Source: Betaproteobacteria bacterium
GTDB taxonomy: Bacteria; Pseudomonadota; Gammaproteobacteria; Burkholderiales; SG8-39
NCBI GenBank assembly: GCA_005881575.1
Contig: VBCA01000001.1
Coordinates: 21,611-85,610 of the forward strand
DNA length: 64,000 nt
Direction: 5' to 3'
Positions within the stretch are counted from its first letter, which is position 1, and every line of letters starts with the position of its first letter. Of the stretch, positions 18,892-27,975 are shown piece by piece. Under the pieces are notes generated by a model. That model was not told where the DNA came from and searched no databases. It saw only the letters and a program-made list of their open reading frames with translations. The position numbers were made by a program, and so were the translations under genes.

Positions 18892-19545
18892 TCAGGAGCG
18901 CACCAGGACGATATGCACGCGGTACGGACCGTGTGCGCCGAGCACGATCGTCTGGTCGATATCGGCGGTGCGCGAGGGTCCGGAGACGAAGTTGATCGCG
19001 CGCGGCAGTTGCCCGAGTTCAGCGCGCGCAAGGTCCCAGGCTTCCTCCATGTGCGCGACGATGCGGCGTGCCGATACCACCGCGACGTGCGTTTCCGGCA
19101 GTAGGCTCACGGCAGCGGGCGTATCCGGACCGGAGGCGAACATGAGCGTTCCCGTCTCGGCGATGGCGGCGAACGCGCCGGTCACGCCGACGGCGTCCTG
19201 GGAGTTCGCTGCCCGCGGCTCGAGCGCGAGCCCGGCGCCCTTCCAGTCGAGATCGTCCAGCTGCGGCCAGACGCAGCCGGCAAGCGGCAAGTCGCTCGAC
19301 TTCAAGTAGCGCGCGACTGCGGCAGGGACTTCCGCTTTTGCGGTAACCTCCTCGGTCGTGCACTGCGTCGCTTCGGCGCGGGCGCGGAAGCGCGCGACGA
19401 GATCCGCTTCGACCTTCGGCAGAGTACCGCGCGGGTGCGCGCGCAGATAGGTTTCGACCGCTTCCAGCTCGGCCCCGGAGGGCTTGCTCCCGCCTCGGCC
19501 TTGCGCCTTGCGGATGCGCTCAAGAATCCTCTCGCGGCTGCTCAT
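18892..19545 (-). CDS. LUD-domain protein (LutC/YkgG-like)
   Basis: 217 aa with N-terminus SRERILERIRKA and C-terminal motifs GPSRTADIDQTIVLGAHGP typical of LutC/YkgG. Its start overlaps the pntB stop by 4 nt. Confidence 0.65.
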   Translation of the reverse strand: MSSRERILERIRKAQGRGGSKPSGAELEAVETYLRAHPRGTLPKVEADLVARFRARAEATQCTTEEVTAKAEVPAAVARYLKSSDLPLAGCVWPQLDDLDWKGAGLALEPRAANSQDAVGVTGAFAAIAETGTLMFASGPDTPAAVSLLPETHVAVVSARRIVAHMEEAWDLARAELGQLPRAINFVSGPSRTADIDQTIVLGAHGPYRVHIVLVRS

Positions 19546-20939
19546 TCAAGCGCCTTCACCAAGTCTTCGACGACTTTCTTGGCGTCGCCGAACACCATCA
19601 TGGTCTTGTCCATGTAGAAGAGCGGGTTGTCGAGGCCCGCGTATCCCGCGGCCATCGAGCGCTTGTTGACCAGCACCGTGCGCGCCTTGTGCGCTTCGAT
19701 GATCGGCATTCCGTAGATCGGACTGCCCTTCTCGTGGGCGAGCGGATTGACCACGTCGTTGGCGCCGAGGACGAGCACGACGTCGGTCGTTCCGAGCTCG
19801 CCGTTGATGTCCTCCATCTCGAACACCTGATCGTACGGCACTTCGGCCTCGGCAAGCAGCACGTTCATGTGGCCGGGCATGCGGCCCGCCACCGGATGGA
19901 TCGCGTAGCGGACGTTCACGCCCTTCGCGATGAGCTTCTGCGCCATCTCCTTCACCGCGTGCTGGGCGCGCGCGACCGCCAGGCCGTAACCCGGCACGAT
20001 AACCACGGACTCGGCGTTGGCGAGAAGAAAGCTCGCGTCTTCCGCCGATCCGGAGCGCACCGTCTTGTCGGCGCTGCCCGCCGCCGCCGCGCCTTCGGCC
20101 GCGCCGAACCCCCCCATGATCACCGAGATGAAGGAGCGGTTCATCGCCTTGCACATGATGTAGGAGAGGATCGCGCCCGAGGAGCCGACGAGCGACCCGG
20201 CGATGATCAGCATGCTGTTGTTGAGCGAGAACCCGATTCCCGCGGCGGCCCAGCCCGAGTAGCTGTTCAACATCGAGATCACCACCGGCATGTCGGCGCC
20301 GCCGATGGGGATGATGATGAGCACACCGAGCGCGAAGGCGATCGCGAGCATGACGAGAAACGGCGTCCAGGCCTTGCCCTCCGCGAGGAAGAACGCGACG
20401 CCGAAGCCGATCATCACGATCGCCAGAATCAGGTTGAGCGGATGCTGGCCCTTGTAGACCACGGGCGCGCTGGAGAAAAGACGGAACATTTTCCCGAGGC
20501 CTGCGAGCTTGCCGAAAGCGATCACGCTGCCCGAGAACGTGATCGCGCCGACGAAGCTGCCGATGAAGAGCTCGAAGCGGCTGCCGCCCGGCAAGGGATC
20601 GTGCTCGCCGAAGGCCGCGGGGTTGTTGACCACGGCGACGGCTATGAGCACCGCCGCCATGCCGACCAGCGAATGCATGGCCGCGACCAGCTGCGGCATC
20701 TGCGTCATCTGCACGCGCCTTGCGACAAAGGCGCCGATCATTCCGCCGATTACGGCGGCGATGAGGATGAAGGCGACTTTCTTGGTGATGGCGAGCGTGA
20801 CCAGCACCGCGATCGCCATGCCGATCATGCCGAAGAGATTGCCGCGCCGCGCCGCCACGGGCGAGGAGAGGCCTTTCAGCGCCAGGATGAAAAGCACGCT
20901 GGCGACGAGATACCAGAGCGCGAGCTGGTTGGCGCTCAT
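19542..20939 (-). CDS. pntB: NAD(P) transhydrogenase subunit beta
   Basis: 465 aa with an N-terminal membrane domain and a C-terminal NADP(H)-binding domain ([34 protein letters not shown]). Confidence 0.9.
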   Translation of the reverse strand: MSANQLALWYLVASVLFILALKGLSSPVAARRGNLFGMIGMAIAVLVTLAITKKVAFILIAAVIGGMIGAFVARRVQMTQMPQLVAAMHSLVGMAAVLIAVAVVNNPAAFGEHDPLPGGSRFELFIGSFVGAITFSGSVIAFGKLAGLGKMFRLFSSAPVVYKGQHPLNLILAIVMIGFGVAFFLAEGKAWTPFLVMLAIAFALGVLIIIPIGGADMPVVISMLNSYSGWAAAGIGFSLNNSMLIIAGSLVGSSGAILSYIMCKAMNRSFISVIMGGFGAAEGAAAAGSADKTVRSGSAEDASFLLANAESVVIVPGYGLAVARAQHAVKEMAQKLIAKGVNVRYAIHPVAGRMPGHMNVLLAEAEVPYDQVFEMEDINGELGTTDVVLVLGANDVVNPLAHEKGSPIYGMPIIEAHKARTVLVNKRSMAAGYAGLDNPLFYMDKTMMVFGDAKKVVEDLVKALE

Positions 20940-21253
20940 GCCTTTTCCTTCTCCGCCTTCGGCGCCTTCTTCTTGAACATCTCGAGCATGCGCTGCGTGA
21001 CCAGAAACCCGCCGAACACGTTCACCGCGGCAAGCCCGACCGCGACCGCGCCGAGGATCGCGCCGAAATCGGTCTCGTACGGACCCGCCGCGAGGATCGC
21101 GCCGACGATGATCACGCTCGAGATGGCGTTCGTCACGCTCATGAGCGGCGTGTGCAGCGCGGGCGTCACGTTCCAGATGACGTGATAGCCGACGAAGACC
21201 GCCAAGACGAACACGACGAGGTTGACGATGGTGGGGTCGATGGCTCCGGTCAT
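20936..21253 (-). CDS. pntAB: NAD(P) transhydrogenase subunit alpha part 2 (membrane part)
   Basis: Trimmed to the ATG at 21253 ([27 protein letters not shown]...), which overlaps the pntAA stop as ATGA. About 105 aa with 3 TM. Confidence 0.8.
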   Translation of the reverse strand: MTGAIDPTIVNLVVFVLAVFVGYHVIWNVTPALHTPLMSVTNAISSVIIVGAILAAGPYETDFGAILGAVAVGLAAVNVFGGFLVTQRMLEMFKKKAPKAEKEKA

Positions 21254-22377
21254 GATTTCTTCACCACTTCTCCGTTGATGCACACCAGGCTTCCCGCGAT
21301 GATCTCGTCTTCACGGTTCAACTTCAGTTCCCCGGTCTTGGGATCGACGAGCAAGTTCAGGAAATTGAGGAGATTCCGCGCGTAGAGCGCGCTCGCGTCC
21401 GCAGCGACCAGCGCCGGCAGGTTCGCGAGGCCGACGAGCTTCACGCCGTGCTTCACCACGATCTTGTCCTTTTCGGTCAGCGGGCAGTTGCCGCCCTGCT
21501 CGATCGCCATGTCGACGACGACCGAGCCCGGCTTCATGGCTTTGACCGTTTCCTCTCTCAAGAGGACGGGAGCAGGCCGGCCGGGAATGAGTGCGGTGGT
21601 GATGACGATGTCCGCGGCCTTGGCGCGCTCGTGCACGAGCTCCGCCTGGCGGCGCATCCAGTCGACCGGCATGGGCCGCGCGTAGCCGCCGACGCCTTGC
21701 GCGATCTCGCGCTCCTCGTTGGTGAGGTAGGGAACGTCGAGGAATTTCGCGCCGAGCGACTCGATCTGCTCCTTCACCGCCGGACGCACGTCGGACGCCT
21801 CGATCACCGCGCCCAGGCGCTTCGCCGTGGCGATCGCCTGCAGCCCCGCGACGCCCGCGCCGAGGACGAGCACGCGCGCCGCCTTCACCGTGCCGGCGGC
21901 GGTCATCAACATCGGCATGAAGCGGCCGTATTCGGCGGCGGCGAGGATCACCGCCTTGTAGCCGCCGATGTTCGCCTGCGAGGAGAGCACGTCCATGCCT
22001 TGAGCGCGCGTGGTGCGCGGCAGCCATTCCATGGCGAAGCAGGTGAGCCCCGCGGCTGCATAGGATTCCATGGTCGCGCGGTCGTAGGGATTGAGAAGCC
22101 CGATGAGGATCGCGCCGCGCTTGAAAAGGCCCACCTCCCCGTCCTGCGGACCGCGCACCTTGAGCACGATGTCTGCGATGGAAAGGTCTTTCGCCTCCGC
22201 GACGATTTTCGCGCCGGCCGCCTCGAAATCCCTGTCGGGAACGCTCGCGGCCACGCCCGCGCCGGACTGCACCAGGATCGCGTGGCGCCCGCCGGCGGCG
22301 AGCTTCTTGACGGTCTCGGGAGTGGCAGCGACGCGCGTCTCGCCCGCGCGGGTTTCCGCGGGTATGCCGATGTTCAT
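21250..22377 (-). CDS. pntAA: NAD(P) transhydrogenase subunit alpha part 1
   Basis: Trimmed to the ATG at 22377 ([26 protein letters not shown]...). Rossmann motif [22 protein letters not shown]. Confidence 0.9.
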   Translation of the reverse strand: MNIGIPAETRAGETRVAATPETVKKLAAGGRHAILVQSGAGVAASVPDRDFEAAGAKIVAEAKDLSIADIVLKVRGPQDGEVGLFKRGAILIGLLNPYDRATMESYAAAGLTCFAMEWLPRTTRAQGMDVLSSQANIGGYKAVILAAAEYGRFMPMLMTAAGTVKAARVLVLGAGVAGLQAIATAKRLGAVIEASDVRPAVKEQIESLGAKFLDVPYLTNEEREIAQGVGGYARPMPVDWMRRQAELVHERAKAADIVITTALIPGRPAPVLLREETVKAMKPGSVVVDMAIEQGGNCPLTEKDKIVVKHGVKLVGLANLPALVAADASALYARNLLNFLNLLVDPKTGELKLNREDEIIAGSLVCINGEVVKKS

Positions 22378-22457
22378 GGATTTTTTCTCTCGCGGCCGAA
22401 ACGAAGCCCGATGATACACGGCCTCGTATAATCGGCTCAACTCAACAGGGAGGAGTC

Positions 22458-22937
22458 ATGACCCTCAAGGTGCGGCGCGTGGTGACGGGGCACGACGGCA
22501 ATGGGCGCGCCGTCGTGAAGATAGACGAAGTGTCGAAGAACATCGTCTCGAACCGGCCCGGGGCCTCGGCCTGCGTGGTGTGGACCACCGACACGATCCC
22601 GGCCGACAACTCGGGCGATTCCGACGCTTCCACGAAGAAAGTCGGCACCACGCTTCCCGGCGGAACGGTTTTCCGCGTGATCGAGTTCTCGCCCGGCGTC
22701 GCGCCGCGCGTGCACCGCACCGACTCGATCGACTACGCCGTGGTGATCTCGGGCGAGATCGACATGGAGCTGGAGAAAGGCAGCGAGGTGCACCTCAAGG
22801 CGGGCGACGTCCTCGTGCAGCGCGGCACCGTGCACTGCTGGATCAACCGCGGCAAGGCCCCGTGCGTGATGGCCTTCGTGCTGGTCGACGCAAAACCCGC
22901 GATGGCGGGAGGCAAGCTGCTCAGCGCGTTCGGATGA
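22458..22937 (+). CDS. cupin-domain protein
   Basis: 159 aa. SD GGGAGGAG lies 5 nt upstream of the ATG. The C-terminal beta-barrel region (HRTDSIDYAVVISGEIDMELEKGSEVHLKAGDVLVQRGTVHCW) is cupin-like. Confidence 0.6.
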   Translation: MTLKVRRVVTGHDGNGRAVVKIDEVSKNIVSNRPGASACVVWTTDTIPADNSGDSDASTKKVGTTLPGGTVFRVIEFSPGVAPRVHRTDSIDYAVVISGEIDMELEKGSEVHLKAGDVLVQRGTVHCWINRGKAPCVMAFVLVDAKPAMAGGKLLSAFG

Positions 22938-22946
22938 GGCCAAGCC

Positions 22947-23588
22947 TCAACATTTGCCGATCGCAGTCAGCCTTCCGTCGTCCTCGATCTTGATCCTCAG
23001 CGCCCGCGTGAACAGCGCCGTGCCGACATAGGTGTCCACCGTGATGGTTATCTCCACGATTTCCTGCGTATCGAAGAATTTCTCGAACGCGGCGAAGGTC
23101 GCGTCGTCGACGTCGCCGCGGGCGGCCTGGTCGACGTAGGCCAGGAGCGCGCGTTGCCGGTCGTTGAACAGAGTGCTCGCACGCCAGTTGCCGACGGCCT
23201 CGATCTGCTGCGGCGTGTAGCCGCAGGCGCGCATCATCGGACGGTGCTGGTTCATTTCGTAATCGCCCTCCCAAAGCTGGGCCGTGCGCAGGATGGCAAG
23301 CTCCACCAGCGGACGCGGCGTCTTGGTGTCGAAGCGGATGGCGTAGGCCATGGCCGAAGCGGCCCTGGCGAGTTTCGGCGCGTTGCCCCGGACAAGGGCG
23401 AGGTTGATGACCTGACCGCCGCGGCTGCGCGCGTTGTCGAACATCGCCTTCAGATCCGGATCGGTGGAATTTTCCTGCGCCGCCGGCACGCGGGCGACCG
23501 GCCCTTCAGCGCGTGCGGGGATTGCGAACGCTGCCACGATCGTCACAAGAGCGGAAACCGGCAGCGACCGCTTAGTTGGTTTGTTCAT
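22947..23588 (-). CDS. carboxymuconolactone decarboxylase-family (AhpD-like) protein with signal peptide
   Basis: 213 aa with N-terminal signal MNKPTKRSLPVSALVTIVAAFAIPARA. The helical body resembles the AhpD/CMD fold (EGDYEMNQHRPMMRACG). Confidence 0.55.
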   Translation of the reverse strand: MNKPTKRSLPVSALVTIVAAFAIPARAEGPVARVPAAQENSTDPDLKAMFDNARSRGGQVINLALVRGNAPKLARAASAMAYAIRFDTKTPRPLVELAILRTAQLWEGDYEMNQHRPMMRACGYTPQQIEAVGNWRASTLFNDRQRALLAYVDQAARGDVDDATFAAFEKFFDTQEIVEITITVDTYVGTALFTRALRIKIEDDGRLTAIGKC

Positions 23589-23650
23589 CGCGTCATTCCT
23601 TTCTGCGCTTCGTGAAGAGACCGGGTAGTGGATAGCGTTTTATTGCGATT

Positions 23651-24541
23651 TTAGGTAGTCGCCACTAGCAGTTCCTCTGAATTGTTTGGCGGACGAAGGC
23701 CATCTGTCCTGCCCGCGAAGTAGCGTTGGGCAAGCGTAGCTGCCGATACGTGCTGGACATCTCTAAAGCCGGCATCGCGGGCGAGTGTCAGCATCTCCGT
23801 CGGTGTGAAGAAGCTGATGAAGGGCGTGCCGTTTGCTCGCGCCCCCGCTGCCGCTCGCTCAATCCCGGGACGCACCTCGGGGTCCGCCAGCTCGATCGGA
23901 AGCATGAACGACATGGCGAGCGTGGAGCCCGGAGCGAGCGCCGCGACCTGGCGCAGCGTCGCCGCGATCGCCTCCTTGGTCAAGTACATGCTGACACCGG
24001 TGGACGCGACGAGCGCCGGCCGCCCGGAATCGAAGCCCGACGCGACCAGCTGCTCCCACCACGCGTCGCCTGCCTCGAAGTCGACTGGCACGAGCCGCAG
24101 GAACGACGGGACGCCGAGGCCGAGGTCGACGAGGCGCTGGCGCTTCCACGCCTGAGGGCCGGGCCGATCGATCTCGAACACGAGCAGACGGGAGGCAAGC
24201 TCCGGCCGACGCTGGGCGAAGGTGTCCAGGCCCGCTCCGAGGATGACGTACTGCCCGACGCCACGCGCAGCTTGTTCCGCGACGAGATCTTCGATGAAGC
24301 GGGCGCGGGCCACGATGGAGGCGCGGAATGGCCGCGTGAACGGGCTCATGTCCGGACGGCTGCGCCATCCGTCGTCTGGAGCGGCCAGCTTCAAGCCGAC
24401 TTCGTCTTCGAGCACGTGCGGCGGCGAATCGACTTCAACGTGCAGCGCCCGCCACAAGGCGACCCGCACCGCCGTGTTGTCTGGCGCCGCCACTTGCTTA
24501 TCATGCATGACGGAATCCCTTAGGACTTCGCGGAGCTCCAT
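23651..24541 (-). CDS. class I SAM-dependent methyltransferase (TIGR00027-like O-methyltransferase family)
   Basis: 296 aa with the SAM motif QYVILGAGLDTFAQR and the downstream VFEIDRP, as in the mycobacterial-type putative O-methyltransferase family. Confidence 0.7.
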   Translation of the reverse strand: MELREVLRDSVMHDKQVAAPDNTAVRVALWRALHVEVDSPPHVLEDEVGLKLAAPDDGWRSRPDMSPFTRPFRASIVARARFIEDLVAEQAARGVGQYVILGAGLDTFAQRRPELASRLLVFEIDRPGPQAWKRQRLVDLGLGVPSFLRLVPVDFEAGDAWWEQLVASGFDSGRPALVASTGVSMYLTKEAIAATLRQVAALAPGSTLAMSFMLPIELADPEVRPGIERAAAGARANGTPFISFFTPTEMLTLARDAGFRDVQHVSAATLAQRYFAGRTDGLRPPNNSEELLVATT

Positions 24542-24608
24542 GACGCCGACCGCCGAGAAATCTCTTCATCACGAATAACGCCCTGCGCCTGGAAGTGCAG
24601 CAACCTCC

Positions 24609-25094
24609 TCAGCTCACCGCTTTCTTCACGAGCGCGCCGATCCTTGCCTCGTCGGCGGCGGTCAACTCCTTCAGCGCGAAGGCGACCGGCCACACTGTGT
24701 CCTCGTCGAGGTTCGCCTTGTCGCTGAACCCAAACGTCGCGTACCTCGCCTTGAACTTGTGCGCGCTTTGGAAGAAGCAGACGACATTGCCGTCCTTGGC
24801 GTACGCTGGCATCCCGTACCAGGTTCTCGGCGAGAGGGCTGGCGCGCTGGCATTGATGATGGCATGGACCCGCTCGGCCATGGCGCGATCCGGTTCCGGC
24901 ATCTCGGCAATCTTCGCGAGCACGTCGCTTTCCCCGTCCGCCTTCTCTGCGCGCGGGCCGCGGCGCGCTTCCGCCTTCAGCTCTTGGGCGCGCTCCTTCA
25001 TCGCGGCTCGTTCCTCGTCCGTGAATCCCTTGACCTTCTTGCCGGTCACGGTGGCGCTCTTGGCGGACTTCTGTGTATCCTTCTTTGGGCTCAT
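24609..25094 (-). CDS. DUF1801 (YdhG-like) domain protein
   Basis: 161 aa with a Lys/Glu-rich N-terminus followed by ...[32 protein letters not shown]..., which is typical of DUF1801. SD GGAGG lies upstream of the ATG. Confidence 0.6.
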   Translation of the reverse strand: MSPKKDTQKSAKSATVTGKKVKGFTDEERAAMKERAQELKAEARRGPRAEKADGESDVLAKIAEMPEPDRAMAERVHAIINASAPALSPRTWYGMPAYAKDGNVVCFFQSAHKFKARYATFGFSDKANLDEDTVWPVAFALKELTAADEARIGALVKKAVS

Positions 25095-25171
25095 AGAGCC
25101 TCCGCATACTGACTTTGGTTGGACACCTCGCCGCAGTGCGAATGCGGATCCGCGCTATTCTGACATGCGCC

Positions 25172-25262
25172 GCCTAACGTTCACGCCCACCAGCGCGCGC
25201 TTTCAGAGCCGGCGCAAAGCACGACGCTCGCGCGCGCGTCCGCGTTGGGCGTGCTGTTAGTC
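25172..25262 (-). repeat. attC-like recombination site 1 (91 bp)
   Basis: The minus strand reads GACTAAC-AGCACGCCCA...(GC-rich imperfect dyad)...TGGGCGTGAAC-GTTAGGC. This gives an RYYYAAC-like inverse core and a GTTRRRY core flanking an imperfect palindrome. It begins 7 nt after the stop of the 25270..25716 ORF. Confidence 0.5.
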
Positions 25263-25269
25263 CGCCGCA

Positions 25270-25716
25270 CTACGCCTCACGCTCGAATTCAATGATGCCC
25301 CTCGTTGTTCGGCTGGGATCAAACGGGCTGGGCGCCCACTTCGAGATGAACTGCAGCCTTGATCCCACGAAGCGGCAAGTGCGAACCTGCTCGGCGCCCG
25401 TCCATTCCACCAACGATGCCACATCCACATCGGTGACGAAATTATCGCCGTCGAACGTATATTTGCCGGAGTACGCGAACATCGACTTGAAGGCTCTTGC
25501 GCGGTCCGCTTCCGTATTCGCGGGTTGTCTGCCCTCGGCAGTCAAGATCACCATCATGTATCCGTCCGGCATGAGCATCAGGCGCCCTCTCGGTGATTTG
25601 CCAAACGTGGGCCATCGCTCCCCGGTCGCTTGGTCTTCGGCATCAAATGAGGCCAGACGCCAGGTGCCGATGATGGAGCTGTCACGGTTCTTGTGATTGT
25701 CACGTTCAGGGTTCAC
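25270..25716 (-). CDS. lipocalin-like domain protein (candidate gene cassette)
   Basis: Trimmed to the GTG at 25716, which is preceded by GAGGAGGAG. The sequence IIGTWRLASFDAED...GRLMLMPDGYMMVILTAEGR...YSGKYTFDGDNF matches the lipocalin-like (PF13924-type) pattern. GC is lower than the flanks. Confidence 0.55.
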   Translation of the reverse strand: MNPERDNHKNRDSSIIGTWRLASFDAEDQATGERWPTFGKSPRGRLMLMPDGYMMVILTAEGRQPANTEADRARAFKSMFAYSGKYTFDGDNFVTDVDVASLVEWTGAEQVRTCRFVGSRLQFISKWAPSPFDPSRTTRGIIEFEREA

Positions 25717-25778
25717 GATAAGCTCCTCCTCTCGTGCACTATTAGAATTTCGAATTGACGCTCGAGACCAATCTAGCG

Positions 25779-25848
25779 GACTAACGTTCACGGTAAGGGG
25801 CGGGCGCCAGCTTGCTGGCGACCGTCCCGCTCGACCGTGTGGTTAGAC
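25779..25848 (-). repeat. attC-like recombination site 2 (70 bp)
   Basis: The minus strand reads GTCTAAC-CACACGGT...CGCCAGCaagCTGGCG...ACCGTGAAC-GTTAGTC. It shares the 12-mer CTAACGTTCACG (plus strand) with site 1 and begins 7 nt after the stop of the 25856..26167 ORF. Confidence 0.5.
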
Positions 25849-25855
25849 GGCAACC

Positions 25856-26167
25856 TCATAGGTTTGCTCCAACGGAGCGTTGCGTCGACGGAGTATTTGA
25901 AACTAGGACAAGACGGAATTTCCCGAAGTCTTTTCCCAGAATCAGCTTCATCGGAATTATGGAAAGAGCGATGCCGATCGCGGCACCTATGGGAGCAGTA
26001 ACAAATTGAATTGTGGTTACCGGCACTCCGAGCATTCCCATCACAAACCCGAGAATGCCGCCCACTATGGCACCGATAACTACAGCAGCAATGAGCGCAA
26101 TGAGATTCCGCCAGAAGTATGCCCACCAAACCCGAATTACATTACCCCAGGTGATCTCCATTTCCAT
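25856..26167 (-). CDS. small hypothetical membrane protein (candidate gene cassette)
   Basis: 103 aa with two or three hydrophobic helices (LIALIAAVVIGAIVGGILGFVMGMLGV; APIGAAIGIALSIIPM). SD GGGAGG lies 6 nt upstream of the ATG. GC is about 50%, clearly below the surroundings. Confidence 0.5.
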   Translation of the reverse strand: MEMEITWGNVIRVWWAYFWRNLIALIAAVVIGAIVGGILGFVMGMLGVPVTTIQFVTAPIGAAIGIALSIIPMKLILGKDFGKFRLVLVSNTPSTQRSVGANL

Positions 26168-26193
26168 AGTGCCTCCCGTTTTTCTCTATTGCC

Positions 26194-26236
26194 GTCTAAC
26201 GTATAGTGAACTTCCGAAAAGTCTCCTATATTAGAC
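26194..26236 (-). repeat. short or degenerate attC-like site 3 (43 bp)
   Basis: The minus strand reads GTCTAAT-ATAGGAGACTTttcgGAAGTTCACTATAC-GTTAGAC. It folds as an imperfect hairpin with cores at both ends and lies 26 nt upstream of the 26167 start. It is shorter than typical attC sites. Confidence 0.3.
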
Positions 26237-26484
26237 ACCCGAACGCCCGCCCTTGCCATCCCTTCTAAGAATCAACGCGTTACGGTACTGTATGTACGTA
26301 TAGTCTTGTTGTTGCGATGCGGTTTCGTGCCAATCAACACAGGATAGGTGGCGCGGAGGGAATTAATGGCCGGTGAATCAAGGGGATTCTACGGACGGAT
26401 TCTACGGACGCGCGGGATGAAGGGAAGCGCCCCGGTCCGCGGCTGCTCCACGGGGTGCGGTGCCGCCGCTGCAATTGAGAGCCG

Positions 26485-27975
26485 CTACGAACGCCCCTGC
26501 GCGCGCGCCATCCAGCCGAATTGCCGTTCGCCGAGCTCGAACGCGCCCTGGATCAACAGGGCGAGCGCGGCCGCGGGTATGGCTCCCGCGAGCAGGGTCA
26601 CGTTGTCGTTCAGCGCGAGCCCCGAGGCGATGCGCTCGCCGTAGCCGCCCGCGCCTATGAACGCGGCGATGGTGGCGGTGCCGACGTTGATGACCGCGGA
26701 AGTCTTGACGCCGGCGAGGATCGAAGGCAGCGCGAGCGGCACTTCGACGAGCCAAAGCCGGTCGCGCGGCTTGAGGCCCAAGGCCATCGCCGCCTGCCGC
26801 ATGCCGCGGACGATGCCGGTGAGCCCAGTGCAGGTGTTGCGCACGATCGGCAGCAGTGCGTAGAGGAGAAGCGCTATGAGCGCAGGCCAGGTGCCGATCG
26901 TGCCCGTCAGCGCGATGAGGAAAGCGAAGAGCGCGAGCGACGGGATCGTCTGGATCACGCCCACCGTTCCGAGAATCGCCTGCTCCGTCTTCGGCAGCTT
27001 CGCCGCCGCGACGCCGAGCGGCACGCCGAGCACGATGCTCGCGGCGAGCGACACGAACACGAGCAGCAGGTGCTCGCCCGTGAGCCGCAGGAAATCCGGA
27101 CCGAACAGCGCGCTAAAGAAATCCCGCCGGGCCGCGCGCTGCGGTCCGCCTTCGACGTCGATAAGCGCCGCTGCTTCGGCGAAGCTCTTTCCTTCCAGCT
27201 CCGCCGCCGCGTTCATGCGGATCATCTTGCGCGCGTCGATGCGCCCTTCGAGCTTCTCCAGCGCGCGCCAGGCTTCGGGAAAGCGCATCGGCACCTCGAG
27301 CCGGTAAAGGAGCGCCGCCTCGTAGCTCGGAAAATATTTCCTGTCGTCCTCGAGCACGCGAAGTTTGTAGCGCTCGATCTTGGCGTCGGTGGAATAGATG
27401 TCCATGACATCGATCTTGCCGGCGGCGATCGCTTCGTAAGCGAGGCCGTGATCGAGACCCGAGGGTGTCGCGTAGGGCAGCCGGTACGCGGACTTCAGTC
27501 CCGGCCAACCGTCCCCACGGCCGATGAATTCCTGCGACAGGCCGAGCTTCAGGCCCGGGTGCCTCGCGAGGTCCGAGAGCGTGCGGATCCTGAGCGCCTC
27601 CGCGCGGTCCTCGCGCATCGCGAGCGCGTAAGTGTTGTTGAAGCCGAGCCGCACCGCGACACCGAGGCCCTGAGGCGCGAGGGCGGCATTGAGATCCCCG
27701 ATGCCCGGATTACCGTTGACCTTGAGGATCTCCCTCGCGATCGTCCCCGTGTATTCGGGGTAGAGGTCGATCGAGCCGGCCTTGAGCGCGGCGAACACGA
27801 TGCCGGTGTTGCCGAGGCCCGGTCGGTGCTCGACGGGGATTTTGCCTTCGACCGTCCGGCGCAGCACCTCGCCGAGGATGTAGGACTCGGTAAAGCGCTT
27901 GGAGCCGATGCGCAGCGCGTCGGCGTGCACCGGCAGCGCGATGAGCAGCGCGAGGAGCGGGAGGAGCCTCGTCAT
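26485..27975 (-). CDS. osmoprotectant-type ABC transporter, fused substrate-binding domain + permease
   Basis: 496 aa. A signal peptide (MTRLLPLLALLIALPVHA) is followed by an OpuAC/OpuBC-like binding domain (~290 aa). A C-terminal BPD-type permease follows, with an EAA-like loop (GMRQAAMALGLKPRDRLWLVEVPLALP). Confidence 0.8.
   Translation of the reverse strand: MTRLLPLLALLIALPVHADALRIGSKRFTESYILGEVLRRTVEGKIPVEHRPGLGNTGIVFAALKAGSIDLYPEYTGTIAREILKVNGNPGIGDLNAALAPQGLGVAVRLGFNNTYALAMREDRAEALRIRTLSDLARHPGLKLGLSQEFIGRGDGWPGLKSAYRLPYATPSGLDHGLAYEAIAAGKIDVMDIYSTDAKIERYKLRVLEDDRKYFPSYEAALLYRLEVPMRFPEAWRALEKLEGRIDARKMIRMNAAAELEGKSFAEAAALIDVEGGPQRAARRDFFSALFGPDFLRLTGEHLLLVFVSLAASIVLGVPLGVAAAKLPKTEQAILGTVGVIQTIPSLALFAFLIALTGTIGTWPALIALLLYALLPIVRNTCTGLTGIVRGMRQAAMALGLKPRDRLWLVEVPLALPSILAGVKTSAVINVGTATIAAFIGAGGYGERIASGLALNDNVTLLAGAIPAAALALLIQGAFELGERQFGWMARAQGRS

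Noticed and set aside
24542-24608. A fourth attC was sought downstream of the DUF1801 gene; 23589-23650, downstream of the methyltransferase, was also checked.
   Set aside because: No RYYYAAC / GTTRRRY pair with a complementary interior was found. There is only a weak CTGC...GCAG dyad. These genes therefore cannot be called cassettes on sequence evidence.
26384-26409. Tandem duplication of a 13-mer (ggattctacggac x2) in the intergenic region upstream of the cassette-like array.
   Set aside because: There are only two copies and no spacer-repeat organisation, so this is not a CRISPR array or a meaningful microsatellite. It is noted only as possible slippage.
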